IMG/VR virus record: IMGVR_UViG_2728369393_000013 | Origin: a virus | Taxonomy: Duplodnaviria > Heunggongvirae > Uroviricota > Caudoviricetes | Strand: one strand, 5' to 3' | Length of the DNA: 36,573 nt | In this document: piece after piece, positions 23,769 through 32,799 of the stretch | Layout of the letters: every line of letters starts with the position of its first letter | How positions within the stretch are numbered: the stretch's first letter is position 1 | Program-made: the position numbers and the translations under genes | The notes under the pieces: model-generated | Database searches by the model: none | The model's input: the letters and a program-made list of their open reading frames with translations, nothing else | Told to the model about the DNA's origin: nothing

Positions 23769-24060
23769 GCTATATTAAAGCTTTAATTTCAGGCCCCATC
23801 GGATCACACATGGAGAGTTTTTATGAATAACCCCGTCTGTCTTGATGACTGGTTGACTGGCTTTAAAAGCTTATGCTGTACTTTGGCCGTAATAGCTCTG
23901 CTAATAATATAATAAGCAGACTCATTGTGTTTAGGGACATTGTACTGGAAGAAAACATTTTAAACATCAGGCAAATAACCAAGTCACCAGCTAAATAATA
24001 AGTTAACAGACATGAGTCCCGGGATGAGATTCAACATTACCATTGCCCCATTTAAAGCAC

Positions 24061-24090
24061 AAAACCCGCTCATCAGCGGGTTTTCTACTT
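24061..24090 (+). terminator. Rho-independent terminator (CCCGC/GCGGG hairpin plus T-rich tail)
   Basis: AAAACCCGCTCATCAGCGGGTTTTCTACTTTTT seen directly. Confidence 0.55.
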
Positions 24091-24537
24091 TTTCTTAACC
24101 TCGGGTATACAAAGCCCATCGTTGAAAAAATTTTATCCATATTTTTTGAAAAATGCAAGCATCACGTTACCATCTTCATTGAAAAACCTTTATCGTGTTA
24201 CTTTTATCAATTGCACTTCAGTATAGAGTTATCCCAGACAGCACTTTAAAGACTTCTACATTACACACACCTTGTCTCCCCTTCTCGTCATATCTGCAAG
24301 ACCGATATGCATGACGCAGTACATACGCTGAACTGCTTTATCCATCTGCATATTCTAGTGCTAAAGCGACTTCAGTAGCAGAAGCAAAATTCTGCTACTG
24401 TGCCAAACAGGAGTAAACGTCATTTTATGTAATGTTGATTGAGTGGTCATAGTATCACCTCAATAACAACTCTCCGCCCTATCATTGAAAGCATATCTGC
24501 TATAATTAAAAAGCCACTTAACATCAGGACTTCAAAC

Positions 24538-24723
24538 ATGACTTCAAATCAATCTGAAAACGAAATAGTTAATACTGTCAAAAAATATGCATCATGTGCT
24601 GACGATGCTTTGCAGGGAGGCAAAGAAAACGTTAAAGATAAATTTAGAAATTATCCACTGACTAGCGTGGTGGTTGCTCTAAGCATAGGGTTAACGCTTG
24701 GTTTTATTATTGGCAGAAAATAA
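24538..24723 (+). CDS. Small tail-anchored membrane protein, DUF883 (ElaB/YqjD)-like C-terminus (61 aa)
   Basis: Hydrophilic N-terminus then NYPLTSVVVALSIGLTLGFIIGRK TM anchor; ATG at 24538; hairpin terminator downstream. Confidence 0.45.
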   Translation: MTSNQSENEIVNTVKKYASCADDALQGGKENVKDKFRNYPLTSVVVALSIGLTLGFIIGRK

Positions 24724-24775
24724 TCTTAAGCCTCCCATAAGTCGTACACAATCACATCTGCCAATTAATGTTCCA

Positions 24776-24808
24776 TTAGTAAAAAACCACCTCCTGTGGA
24801 GGTGGTTT
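24776..24808 (-). terminator. Rho-independent terminator, strong on minus strand (CCACCTCC/GGAGGTGG hairpin plus T6), weak on plus
   Basis: AAAAACCACCTCCTGTGGAGGTGGTTT seen directly. Confidence 0.6.
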
Positions 24809-24859
24809 AAGGATAGCAACAAAACACAACCTACTTTAAACGGCTATATTCTGCTATAT

Positions 24860-24979
24860 CTAAATAATAGGATCTCTTTTATCATCCGGTGAAAAAGGGT
24901 TCAATGGTTGCCCCTCATCAGGACGCTCAACGGGCTCATCATCAGGCTTACGGTCATCAAAATCTGGATGTTCTGACAT
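24860..24979 (-). CDS. Candidate micro-ORF, acidic proline-rich (39 aa)
   Basis: ATG preceded by GGGTGGA SD; MSEHPDFDDRKPDDEPVERPDEGQPLNPFSPDDKRDPII; followed by minus-strand terminator. Confidence 0.3.
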   Translation of the reverse strand: MSEHPDFDDRKPDDEPVERPDEGQPLNPFSPDDKRDPII

Positions 24980-25014
24980 ATTCCACCCTAGTATTTTTAT
25001 GCAGGAAAGATTAT

Positions 25015-25122
25015 TTACTCTTTCCGGTTGTCTTTTTTATTATCCTTACCCTTACTATCCTCATTGTTTTTATTCCTGTCATGAGATTTTTCATTTGAAT
25101 CACTTACATATAATGTATTCAT
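25015..25122 (-). CDS. Candidate micro-ORF, Lys/Asn/Asp-rich hydrophilic (35 aa)
   Basis: ATG preceded by GGAG SD; MNTLYVSDSNEKSHDRNKNNEDSKGKDNKKDNRKE. Confidence 0.3.
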   Translation of the reverse strand: MNTLYVSDSNEKSHDRNKNNEDSKGKDNKKDNRKE

Positions 25123-25883
25123 GGGGACTCCAGTTTTTTAACAGCACAATGCTGTATCTGTAATTATAGATGCAATTAATCATTATGATATGTATGTTTC
25201 ATGCACAAATCAGAAACGCATCTAGTGCTTTAATTAATATGGATTTTATTGCTGTAGATTTACAAAAATTTTCATAATTAACCAGCAATATAAGACAAAT
25301 ATCTCATAACATGAGGAAAATCAAGCTAATTTAAAGCAATTTATAATTTTCATCCTACTGTTTTCCCTGCACTGCCAACACAAGTTTCATCGCAACACTC
25401 TGACAAGACACCTATAAAATCAGTTTCGTTATCACCTTAATTTTCTTCATGGGTAACAAACCGGTAATACATCGATAGCCAGATTTCCGGCGTAAGCCAT
25501 TTATTTGCAGCCTGATTGATGCGCGTTACTGTTACCTCTTCCCTGCATCAGGATGGCTTCTCCAGATGATATGGTTAATCACACTGGAACATTCACGCAT
25601 AACCGTTTCCTTCATATCCTGCCGTTTTAGCATGTCTTTTCCCCTTCTTGTTAATATCAATAACTAACACAAATCTAAAAAAGCCAGCAATGTAAAAAAA
25701 CTGCATTCACGGCAACCATAATGGTTACCGTTCTGCACAAAGTTTATGTCCACAAAAAAACCACTCTGCGCGGCTTATTGATATTTTCCACCGGTATGCA
25801 TATAAGGCTCATCATTGGAAAACTCTTTGCACGTTTCCTTAGAAAATACAATCGTTATGTCGCCATCGTTCGGTGAAAATCAT

Positions 25884-26636
25884 TTATCTCGTCACTTTTC
25901 TTAATTGCACCTCAGCATATGCTTCTTCCTGCCAGCACTTTGTAACCAGTTTATCAATGACATCTGCATATCCTTTGTACCACTGATAATCCGTCAGGTC
26001 TGGTACCAGCTTCTGGACATGACACCGCGCCAGTGTCGTTGGTAAACGACTAAACCGGTTTCCATTGCAACGCCCACAAACCTTATAAACAGGCGTGCTA
26101 TGAAGCCGGGTTCTTTTTTCATCCAGGACAATACCTTTCCCCTTACACCCTCTGCACGCTGTGCTGACTTCTCCCTTACCATGGCAATGCTGACATAGTT
26201 CCTTCACCCACTCTTCCTTGATAACAGATTCCCCACTTCTGGAGTGTTTCACCACTTCGCGCAATACATTATGAAATCCAGTACCAGCACAATACTCACA
26301 GCGAGCCTTACTTGCCGCAGACCTGGAATAATCAGCAAAGGCAAAATTCACAAGGTAAGGGATGATCTGTAACCGGATTTCTTCACTCAATTTGTTCAAT
26401 GTCGGATTATCCATTGCCATCGCGTAATTGAGCAGACCTTCAATCGCAAACTGAGGATCCTGAACACCAACTTTTGCCAGGAATAAGGCAAAACCAAGCG
26501 GAGCTTTCGACTGCACCATCCCCTGCGCAGCCATCACATCTGTTATTGTTAAACCACCCGAGCCTGTCGCCGGTGCGTCATCACTCAATTTTGGAGATTT
26601 TGGGGAGTAATATTTTGGTAAAGCTTCAAGGTTCAT
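25884..26636 (-). CDS. quuQ: Late-gene antiterminator Q (250 aa, zinc-finger type)
   Basis: Cys-rich motifs (CEYCAGTG, CQHCHGKG, CRGCKGKG, CGRCNG); length and position upstream of lysis region. Confidence 0.8.
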   Translation of the reverse strand: MNLEALPKYYSPKSPKLSDDAPATGSGGLTITDVMAAQGMVQSKAPLGFALFLAKVGVQDPQFAIEGLLNYAMAMDNPTLNKLSEEIRLQIIPYLVNFAFADYSRSAASKARCEYCAGTGFHNVLREVVKHSRSGESVIKEEWVKELCQHCHGKGEVSTACRGCKGKGIVLDEKRTRLHSTPVYKVCGRCNGNRFSRLPTTLARCHVQKLVPDLTDYQWYKGYADVIDKLVTKCWQEEAYAEVQLRKVTR

Positions 26637-26649
26637 GCTCGTTCTCCAC

Positions 26650-27645
26650 TTACGCCAGTACGCCTATTGCCAGCGCACGATCGATAAAACGAAATATCAG
26701 CTCCAGCTGGGAGCCATAATTCTCTTCAAATGCCACGGTATTCGCATGCAGCTCGTCGTGATGCTTTCTGCACAAAGGCAACACAAAAAGGTCATGCGCT
26801 TTTGTACCCATTCCACCCTGACCGTGGCCTATCAGGTGGTGGGGATCATCAGCGGGCTTTCCACAACATGCACACGGCTGTGTCTTAACCCAGCGCGTGT
26901 ACTTTTCATTAACCCAGCGGCGACGTTTTGGGCGTAACATAAAAGACTCCGGCGACTCCGGATCCACTTTCAGCGCCAGCACCTTTTTCGCTTTATCCTG
27001 GATGATGCTGGTGGCAGGAACCGAAGGCACAAGGTCACTTTCCCGGGTGACAGACGGCACAACAGGCTTCGGTAATCTCAGTGCCTTACGGGCTGCACTT
27101 TCCGGTAAGGCATCCGCCAGGTCATTACGAACCAGCCACCAGCACAGTTCCGGCATTGTCACTACGTGACTGTCATCAAAACCGAGATCCCGACGCACGA
27201 CAGATAACACCCAGTGGGCACAGTTATCCGTTGCCATTGATTCCAGCCGTTCCGTGAACTGATCACGCAACTGGTTATCGCAGTGCCAACACAGACGGAT
27301 TGCGCCCGGCGCGTGTCGCATTGTGGTCATGTTCTCGCTGTGCCAGTCGGAATGAGGCCACTGACAGCCCTTTTCACGAAGTAACCAGCTTTCAAGACAT
27401 TCCACGCCACCAGCACGACGGATCACTGCCTCATTGCGGAACACGGCCCGAACGGCAGGATCATCCGCCAGCGGTTGTGATGCCGCCGGAACGGCACCAC
27501 TGGCGAAAGATGAATAACGTTCCGGCTCAGGCTCCAGCAGGACACGCCCCTGCATAAACAGGGGCATCAGCTCTGAACCTGGCCTGAACAATACGATCCC
27601 CATACGCGGGGCAATTTCAGGGGTCAGTAGTGCTCTCACGGTCAC
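26650..27645 (-). CDS. ydfU: DUF968-family protein (YdfU-like), C-terminal Cys/His-rich HNH-like region
   Basis: C-terminal CACCGKPADDPHHLIGHGQGGMGTKAHDLFVLPLCRKHHDELH; adjacent to Q as ydfU is in Qin. Confidence 0.6.
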   Translation of the reverse strand: MTVRALLTPEIAPRMGIVLFRPGSELMPLFMQGRVLLEPEPERYSSFASGAVPAASQPLADDPAVRAVFRNEAVIRRAGGVECLESWLLREKGCQWPHSDWHSENMTTMRHAPGAIRLCWHCDNQLRDQFTERLESMATDNCAHWVLSVVRRDLGFDDSHVVTMPELCWWLVRNDLADALPESAARKALRLPKPVVPSVTRESDLVPSVPATSIIQDKAKKVLALKVDPESPESFMLRPKRRRWVNEKYTRWVKTQPCACCGKPADDPHHLIGHGQGGMGTKAHDLFVLPLCRKHHDELHANTVAFEENYGSQLELIFRFIDRALAIGVLA

Positions 27646-27646
27646 C

Positions 27647-28522
27647 TCAATGAACGGTATCGAGCAGCTTTAACAGCTCAGGGAATCGGGATTCGAAGAA
27701 ATGCGGCTGCGTCTCGCGCGGATTTGCAGGACTGGTGATGTTCTTGCCGAACATGCAGCCTTTCGCCGTCAGCGACCAGAATTTTTTGATGTTGTTAATC
27801 GCGGTACGGCTGTATCGTTCGCGTTGTTCAACGATCCCCAGCTTCACCATCTGGTGATATGCCTGATTAGCCGTCAGGCGGATACCATACTGTTTCAGCA
27901 GTGCACTCAGCGACAGCGTGGGGCGACTTGAGCCATCAGGCGCGTCAGCAGGAGCATCAATGGCATAGCGCGGTGCCAGATTCGGTAAGCCAACAGCCTC
28001 CTGAAGCTTCTGACAGGCTCCAAGCACTGATGAGTTAGACAGGTTTAATTCCCGGCGCATAAAGTCCAGCAGGATCACGCCAGCCTGCATCTTGTCAGCA
28101 GCCTGCCCGGATAATTTTTCCGGTGTGCTGGTTACCATATCGAAAGTACGGATCACCTTCAGATGGAATGACGGGCTGATCCACATTGCATAGGCATACA
28201 CCAGTTCCTTGCAGACATACGTTCCTCCATTCCGCCCTTCTATTTTACTTACTGGTTTACTACCCAAATTTTGGGTAGTTTCATTGAATGAACCGACACC
28301 CAAATTTTGGGTATCGATCAATTCCTGAACCAGCTCAGTAATCTGTTGGCTGGAAAGAAACTTTCCCGGCTCCTTAGTTCTGGCATTTGCACCAGATGCA
28401 ACAGCAGCCCGATGCAGATCGTTCAGGCTGTAACGCCCATAAGCATCACGACGAACTTCAATACCATCAATGACCATCAGATTATTCATACTTCGTTTCT
28501 CCTCTTGATCAGGCGGCTGCAC
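27647..28522 (-). CDS. KilA-N domain protein, antirepressor-like (291 aa)
   Basis: N-terminal MVIDGIEVRRDAYGRYSLNDLHRAAV typical of KilA-N/APSES domain; internal TQNLG repeat. Confidence 0.55.
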   Translation of the reverse strand: MQPPDQEEKRSMNNLMVIDGIEVRRDAYGRYSLNDLHRAAVASGANARTKEPGKFLSSQQITELVQELIDTQNLGVGSFNETTQNLGSKPVSKIEGRNGGTYVCKELVYAYAMWISPSFHLKVIRTFDMVTSTPEKLSGQAADKMQAGVILLDFMRRELNLSNSSVLGACQKLQEAVGLPNLAPRYAIDAPADAPDGSSRPTLSLSALLKQYGIRLTANQAYHQMVKLGIVEQRERYSRTAINNIKKFWSLTAKGCMFGKNITSPANPRETQPHFFESRFPELLKLLDTVH

Positions 28523-28898
28523 CCGCCGTTTTCTCGTACTTACTGATAGTGATCTCGACCTTCCCTTCCGGGATAACCGGTCCCCACTCCACCAGCATTC
28601 TTTTCACCTGACTGTCGTCTTCCCACACACCCGCGTGGGTCAGGGCGTCAAACAGCGCCTTGTTATAGTTGTCCAGATCGCGGATCCGGTTATCCGGAGG
28701 AAACAACACGATCTCCACTGAAGCAGGTGCCGACGTTGGTTTCGGCAGACGACGTAACTGCTCAACTATTGCTGCACACGCCGCGCTCTGGAATTTGCGC
28801 CCCGCCGCGCTTATCAGGCTCTTACCTGCAAACGCCCCTTTGTTGGGGTGTCGCCAGTACGTGTTCACGCTGGGCGGAAAAGGCAGGATCAGCTTCAT
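28509..28898 (-). CDS. rusA: RusA-family Holliday junction resolvase (129 aa)
   Basis: Conserved DLDNYNKALFDALTHAGVWEDDSQV block and size. Confidence 0.8.
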   Translation of the reverse strand: MKLILPFPPSVNTYWRHPNKGAFAGKSLISAAGRKFQSAACAAIVEQLRRLPKPTSAPASVEIVLFPPDNRIRDLDNYNKALFDALTHAGVWEDDSQVKRMLVEWGPVIPEGKVEITISKYEKTAGAAA

Positions 28899-29581
28899 GC
28901 CACTATCTCCCTGACCAGCCGTTCTGCCTGCTGGCGAACCTGCGCCAGAAACGCCTCACCACATGCCTCAAGTTCATCGCGCCCGATGTAGCTGATTGCC
29001 GGTCCCTTCCAGGTCTTGTCAAAAACAGCAATAGCACCAGCGAAGAAAGCGCCTGTCGGCACCTGCTTCTCGTCTTTCGGGATAAACCAGGCAGGCACTT
29101 CAAAACCAATACGCCCGCGAATAAAAGCAATATGATCTGCATCTTCCGGCCACCACACTTCGCTGGTGGCAGCTTTGATCAGGAAAACATAGCGTCCGCC
29201 CTTATCACGCATGGCACTGGCATGCTTCATGATGTAACGCATGCCGGTGATGTATTGCCCCTCATGCTGACTGGCGCGGCTGTATGGGGGATTACCAAAG
29301 GCAGCACCTTTAAGCTCCGCAAGACGTTCTGACCAGTCATGCGCCAGCGCGTTGTCTTCCGCCGTGTAATACGCGGTACATTTGGCGTTATCACCGTCAG
29401 TAAACAGATCCAGGACAAACGGGCCAAACAGGGTGTTAATTCCCCAGAAAATGTTATCCGGCGTGCGCCACTGATCGCCCACTTCCTTCAGTTCATGGGC
29501 TGGTTTGTTCCGCAGCTCCACCAGCTCCTGGCAATATTTATTACTCATTAAGCCCCCACGTAATTCCCTGACAGATACCAC
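28895..29581 (-). CDS. Phage-type N6-adenine DNA methyltransferase (228 aa)
   Basis: NPPY catalytic motif (FGNPPYSR) and overall phage Dam-like architecture. Confidence 0.7.
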   Translation of the reverse strand: MVSVRELRGGLMSNKYCQELVELRNKPAHELKEVGDQWRTPDNIFWGINTLFGPFVLDLFTDGDNAKCTAYYTAEDNALAHDWSERLAELKGAAFGNPPYSRASQHEGQYITGMRYIMKHASAMRDKGGRYVFLIKAATSEVWWPEDADHIAFIRGRIGFEVPAWFIPKDEKQVPTGAFFAGAIAVFDKTWKGPAISYIGRDELEACGEAFLAQVRQQAERLVREIVA

Positions 29582-30042
29582 TCATCACCCGATACAGCGC
29601 GCTTGCTGCTTTTCCGTAAGCACCGCTCACGACGTGCCAGAAAATTGTTTCGTTCTGGCTGGGAGTGGCTTTCACGGAATGCCGCCATCCACACGGTTGC
29701 AGCACGACGGTATAAGCCCCTGGACTCCAGTTCTTCAGCCTGGCGGGTCAGGCACAAAATCACCCGGGGATCGTTAGTGCCGACATAGAAATTGCGCACA
29801 GGTCTGGTTTCACGAACTGGTTGTGGTTCCGGCTCCTGCGCTCTCTCAGTCAGGCGCGGGAAATGTCTGCGTGTATCTCCTTCACAACGGTGAGCCACAC
29901 GCCCACTCTGACGTAACTTGCTTGCAGACTGCAGAACGCGCTGCCGTGAGTAACCTGCAAAAGCATCCGCAATGTCTCCGGAAGTACACCCCGGATGGGC
30001 TTCAATGAATTTCTGAACTTCATTCAAAAGACTCATGATCAC
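29548..30042 (-). CDS. Putative PerC-family (Pch-like) transcriptional regulator with N-terminal extension (164 aa)
   Basis: AEELESRGLYRRAATVWMAAF resembles the PerC core motif as recalled; not verified by search. Confidence 0.4.
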   Translation of the reverse strand: MIMSLLNEVQKFIEAHPGCTSGDIADAFAGYSRQRVLQSASKLRQSGRVAHRCEGDTRRHFPRLTERAQEPEPQPVRETRPVRNFYVGTNDPRVILCLTRQAEELESRGLYRRAATVWMAAFRESHSQPERNNFLARRERCLRKSSKRAVSGDEWYLSGNYVGA

Positions 30043-30857
30043 CCCCTGAATCCTGCCGGGATCTGGCTGTAGTCCACGTTGTCGTAACTGGCTTTGAAGT
30101 ACGGGTCCTCGCGTCTGGCTGCAGATACCGCAGGAACTTCCCAGGATTCTTCGAAATGACGATCCGGACCAAAGAACGTGACAGCCTGTTTCACAAATTG
30201 TGTGCCGCTGTTACCCATCGCAGATACCCAGCCCGCGTAGCGTTTCACACCTTCCAGCATGGTTTCGGGTTTTACCCCCTCATTCAAACGGGCTTTCCAG
30301 GCTTTGAAGGCTGCAGATTTTGAATTGCCACCAGCACGTTTGGGATATGCCAGCCATGCCTGCTCAAACTCCGGAGAGTATTCCGGTCGGTTTGAACGAA
30401 CTCGCACAGACTCATCAGCAGATGCACCAACAGCTATTGGTTCTTTGACTGGTTCTTTGACTGGTTCAAAAGAGTGACTGGTTCTGGGTGAATCTCCTGC
30501 ACTACCCCCTGGTGCAACTCCTGCACTACCTGGTGAATTTGCTGCACCAGATAGTGAATTATTTGCACTACCCCCTAGTGAATCTCCTTCACCATCCAGA
30601 TGAAGGAGATAGATATTACTTGAGTTACCTTTTTCACCTTTCCGGGTGACTTTTTTTACCAGCCCGGACTCACAAAGGGCCGCAATATGATTCATCACAG
30701 AACGTTTGCTAATCTCGCACTGGTCAGCAATATGCTGGTAGCTGGGCCAGCACTCACCCTGATCGCTGGCATTATCAGCCAGCTTGATCAGAACCAGTTT
30801 TCGCAATGGATTACCCACTCGAATTTTCATCGCTTTAACCATCAGCTCCATACTCAT
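30039..30857 (-). CDS. Putative replication initiator (N-terminal HTH domain, Gly/Ser-rich linker encoded by iterons)
   Basis: N-terminal winged-helix-like region (LVLIKLADNASDQGECWPSYQHIADQC...); central protein repeats coincide with direct DNA repeats; position downstream of cro/cII-like genes. Confidence 0.5.
   Translation of the reverse strand: MSMELMVKAMKIRVGNPLRKLVLIKLADNASDQGECWPSYQHIADQCEISKRSVMNHIAALCESGLVKKVTRKGEKGNSSNIYLLHLDGEGDSLGGSANNSLSGAANSPGSAGVAPGGSAGDSPRTSHSFEPVKEPVKEPIAVGASADESVRVRSNRPEYSPEFEQAWLAYPKRAGGNSKSAAFKAWKARLNEGVKPETMLEGVKRYAGWVSAMGNSGTQFVKQAVTFFGPDRHFEESWEVPAVSAARREDPYFKASYDNVDYSQIPAGFRG
30437..30600. repeat. Iteron-like direct repeats inside the replication gene (candidate phage origin)
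   Basis: GGTTCTTTGACT tandem x2.5 at 30437-30467 and five imperfect ~21-bp units GTGAATCTCCTGCACTACC-like at 30485-30595, followed by AT-rich stretch 30600-30640. Confidence 0.55.
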
Positions 30858-31090
30858 GCTGCACCTCCGAGATGCTTCATGTTTTTTCCGGAGCGAAAGG
30901 CTATAAGCGGCATACTGACGCGGTAATTACGGCCCAGCGGTTCACAAACCACCTTCTGACATTCACGGTCAACCAGGCTAACACGTAGAACATGCCCTGC
31001 AGGCGTGGTGTACCACTGACCAACGGTAGGAATTGATGTTTTTTTACGCTGAAGCAAACGGCAAATATTGAGGATCAACGGATTAAGCAT
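30854..31090 (-). CDS. Hypothetical protein (78 aa), translationally coupled to neighbours
   Basis: ORF overlapping stop of upstream and start of downstream gene by 4-8 nt. Confidence 0.4.
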   Translation of the reverse strand: MLNPLILNICRLLQRKKTSIPTVGQWYTTPAGHVLRVSLVDRECQKVVCEPLGRNYRVSMPLIAFRSGKNMKHLGGAA

Positions 31091-31919
31091 GACGATGCCC
31101 TCCGCTGATATTCAGGAAACGGTGAATATGAAGATTAGCCTTATCCGCCAGACGAATACGTTCAGCCTGCAAGTTAAGAAGGGTTTCTACCAGAACCTGA
31201 TGCGCCTGCGGATCCGAAAGAGTTACCTTGCGCAGAGCACGTAGTGCAGTTGTTACATAGCTGAGTTTATGTAAGTCTTCATCATTCAGACGAGTGAGGG
31301 CTGGGACAGTAGCCATGATGGCAGCCTCCGTATGCAATGGATAACTTCCACCACCGGAAACGCCAATTTCGCTGGTGGTGAACTGAGCAGGGTTGGCGTA
31401 ACCGGCGCATACGGAAACCGGCGCACCTTTCGGTGCCCCCACCCAGCCCACCATAATTTGGGTATAGCTGAGTTGTAGCAACAAAAAAGACGCTAACGCG
31501 CCAATTGTCGCCGTATGCAATTCCAGGACGCCAATCCCGGCACCCGCTTTATAAGGTGCCTGAACAGTGTAACGTCCCGGAATGGCAGAATCAATGTGCT
31601 GGTGGTCCTTCACACTCAACAAAATCACGCCTGAATTTCCACAAAGGGCTAAAGCACTCATGCGGGTAGTCTTTGCGAAGATAGATAACGCGCTGTGTTT
31701 CTGGCTCCCAACGAATAACATGAACATAAAGTCCTCTTCCGTCACGAAACCAGCGGTTAAGTTCCTGCACAACTCGCCCCCCACAGTCAGGTAAAGTTCT
31801 CTGTGGTTACTTACAGCCAGGAGATTTGGTAATCTGCATTCATGCCGTAACAACAGGTGTTCAGCGACGCTGACCACCAGCTGTTGCGACAAACGGTTAT
31901 TTGCCGTTAAACTGTTCAT
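31083..31919 (-). CDS. Hypothetical protein (278 aa) in replication module
   Basis: Long ORF in operon orientation; no motif recognised by eye (no Walker A). Confidence 0.45.
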   Translation of the reverse strand: MNSLTANNRLSQQLVVSVAEHLLLRHECRLPNLLAVSNHRELYLTVGGELCRNLTAGFVTEEDFMFMLFVGSQKHSALSIFAKTTRMSALALCGNSGVILLSVKDHQHIDSAIPGRYTVQAPYKAGAGIGVLELHTATIGALASFLLLQLSYTQIMVGWVGAPKGAPVSVCAGYANPAQFTTSEIGVSGGGSYPLHTEAAIMATVPALTRLNDEDLHKLSYVTTALRALRKVTLSDPQAHQVLVETLLNLQAERIRLADKANLHIHRFLNISGGHRHA

Positions 31920-32427
31920 GCGTTAGTTTCTCCACAGACACAAAACGCCACGACGCCCGGAGCTGCACACTCGCGGCGTCACTCTTTTCTGGAGCGCAAA
32001 AGATTTTGTAGACCAGTGCTGCATGCTCCTGGAGCTTCGAAATTGACAGATACAACTCATCATTAATTGCTGTCTGCTCGTGTGGCTCTACTACCCCATC
32101 TTCGATTGCCGAACGAATCTGCTTTGAGTAACTCCCGATCTGTTCGATGACTTCCAGCAGGCGCTGGTTTATATCGGCGTTCTCTACTTCCTCAATTTCA
32201 GGAAGCGATACAAACACCCCACCAGCAGACTGTGCGACAGCATCCGCAATGTAGTGAGTGCCAGCCGCGCGCTGTAAAATCATTGCCCATCCCAGCGGGA
32301 AAATCTGATCGCCATCTGCACGAAGGCGGTTGAATAAAGCGTTCTCTGTTACATCCAGCCACTCAGCAGCTTCAGCGTAACCCCCGGCAACGCCGCGATA
32401 GTTTTTCTGACAGCTTTCACGTACCAC
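31897..32427 (-). CDS. Putative YdaT/CII-like regulatory protein (176 aa)
   Basis: Position immediately downstream of cro-like gene; family assignment from memory only. Confidence 0.35.
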   Translation of the reverse strand: MVRESCQKNYRGVAGGYAEAAEWLDVTENALFNRLRADGDQIFPLGWAMILQRAAGTHYIADAVAQSAGGVFVSLPEIEEVENADINQRLLEVIEQIGSYSKQIRSAIEDGVVEPHEQTAINDELYLSISKLQEHAALVYKIFCAPEKSDAASVQLRASWRFVSVEKLTHEQFNGK

Positions 32428-32508
32428 TCAGGCTGTTTTTCTACTTTCCAGTGATGCTTACCCACGGTTAGCCTCATCGTTCTGTGGTTAAAAATTGAAG
32501 GTGTTCTG

Positions 32509-32709
32509 TTAATCTTTCGGATAGATATCCGGTCTTAAGTCAGATTTCGTAATTGCACCTGACGTGCATTGCTCAAGTTTTTTAGCCAGCACAAAACTGG
32601 CTTTTTTATAACCATTGAAAACCAGCCGTAAGTAGCCTGGTGTTGAGCCAACTTTTCCGGCCAACTCGCCCTGCTGTTCTTTGGTTAAAGAGTCCCAATA
32701 CGCTTTCAT
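32509..32709 (-). CDS. Cro/YdaS-like HTH protein (66 aa)
   Basis: MKAYWDSLTKEQQGELAGKVGSTPGYLRLVFNGYKKASFVLAKKLEQ has HTH; GGAGG SD 8 nt upstream; divergent from cI. Confidence 0.6.
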   Translation of the reverse strand: MKAYWDSLTKEQQGELAGKVGSTPGYLRLVFNGYKKASFVLAKKLEQCTSGAITKSDLRPDIYPKD

Positions 32710-32799
32710 ACAATATGTACCTCCGGTATACATATTACATGATTGAGATGAATCTTCAAGATACTTGTACCTTATCGGTACAAAGGTTTTAATTTCTTT
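32710..32799. promoter_or_regulatory. Divergent cI/cro promoter-operator region with perfect palindrome TTGTACC-TTATC-GGTACAA (32765-32783)
   Basis: Palindrome seen directly; TTGAAG-16-TAATAT on minus strand toward cro; TTGTAC-18-TTTAAT on plus strand ending at cI ATG. Confidence 0.55.
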
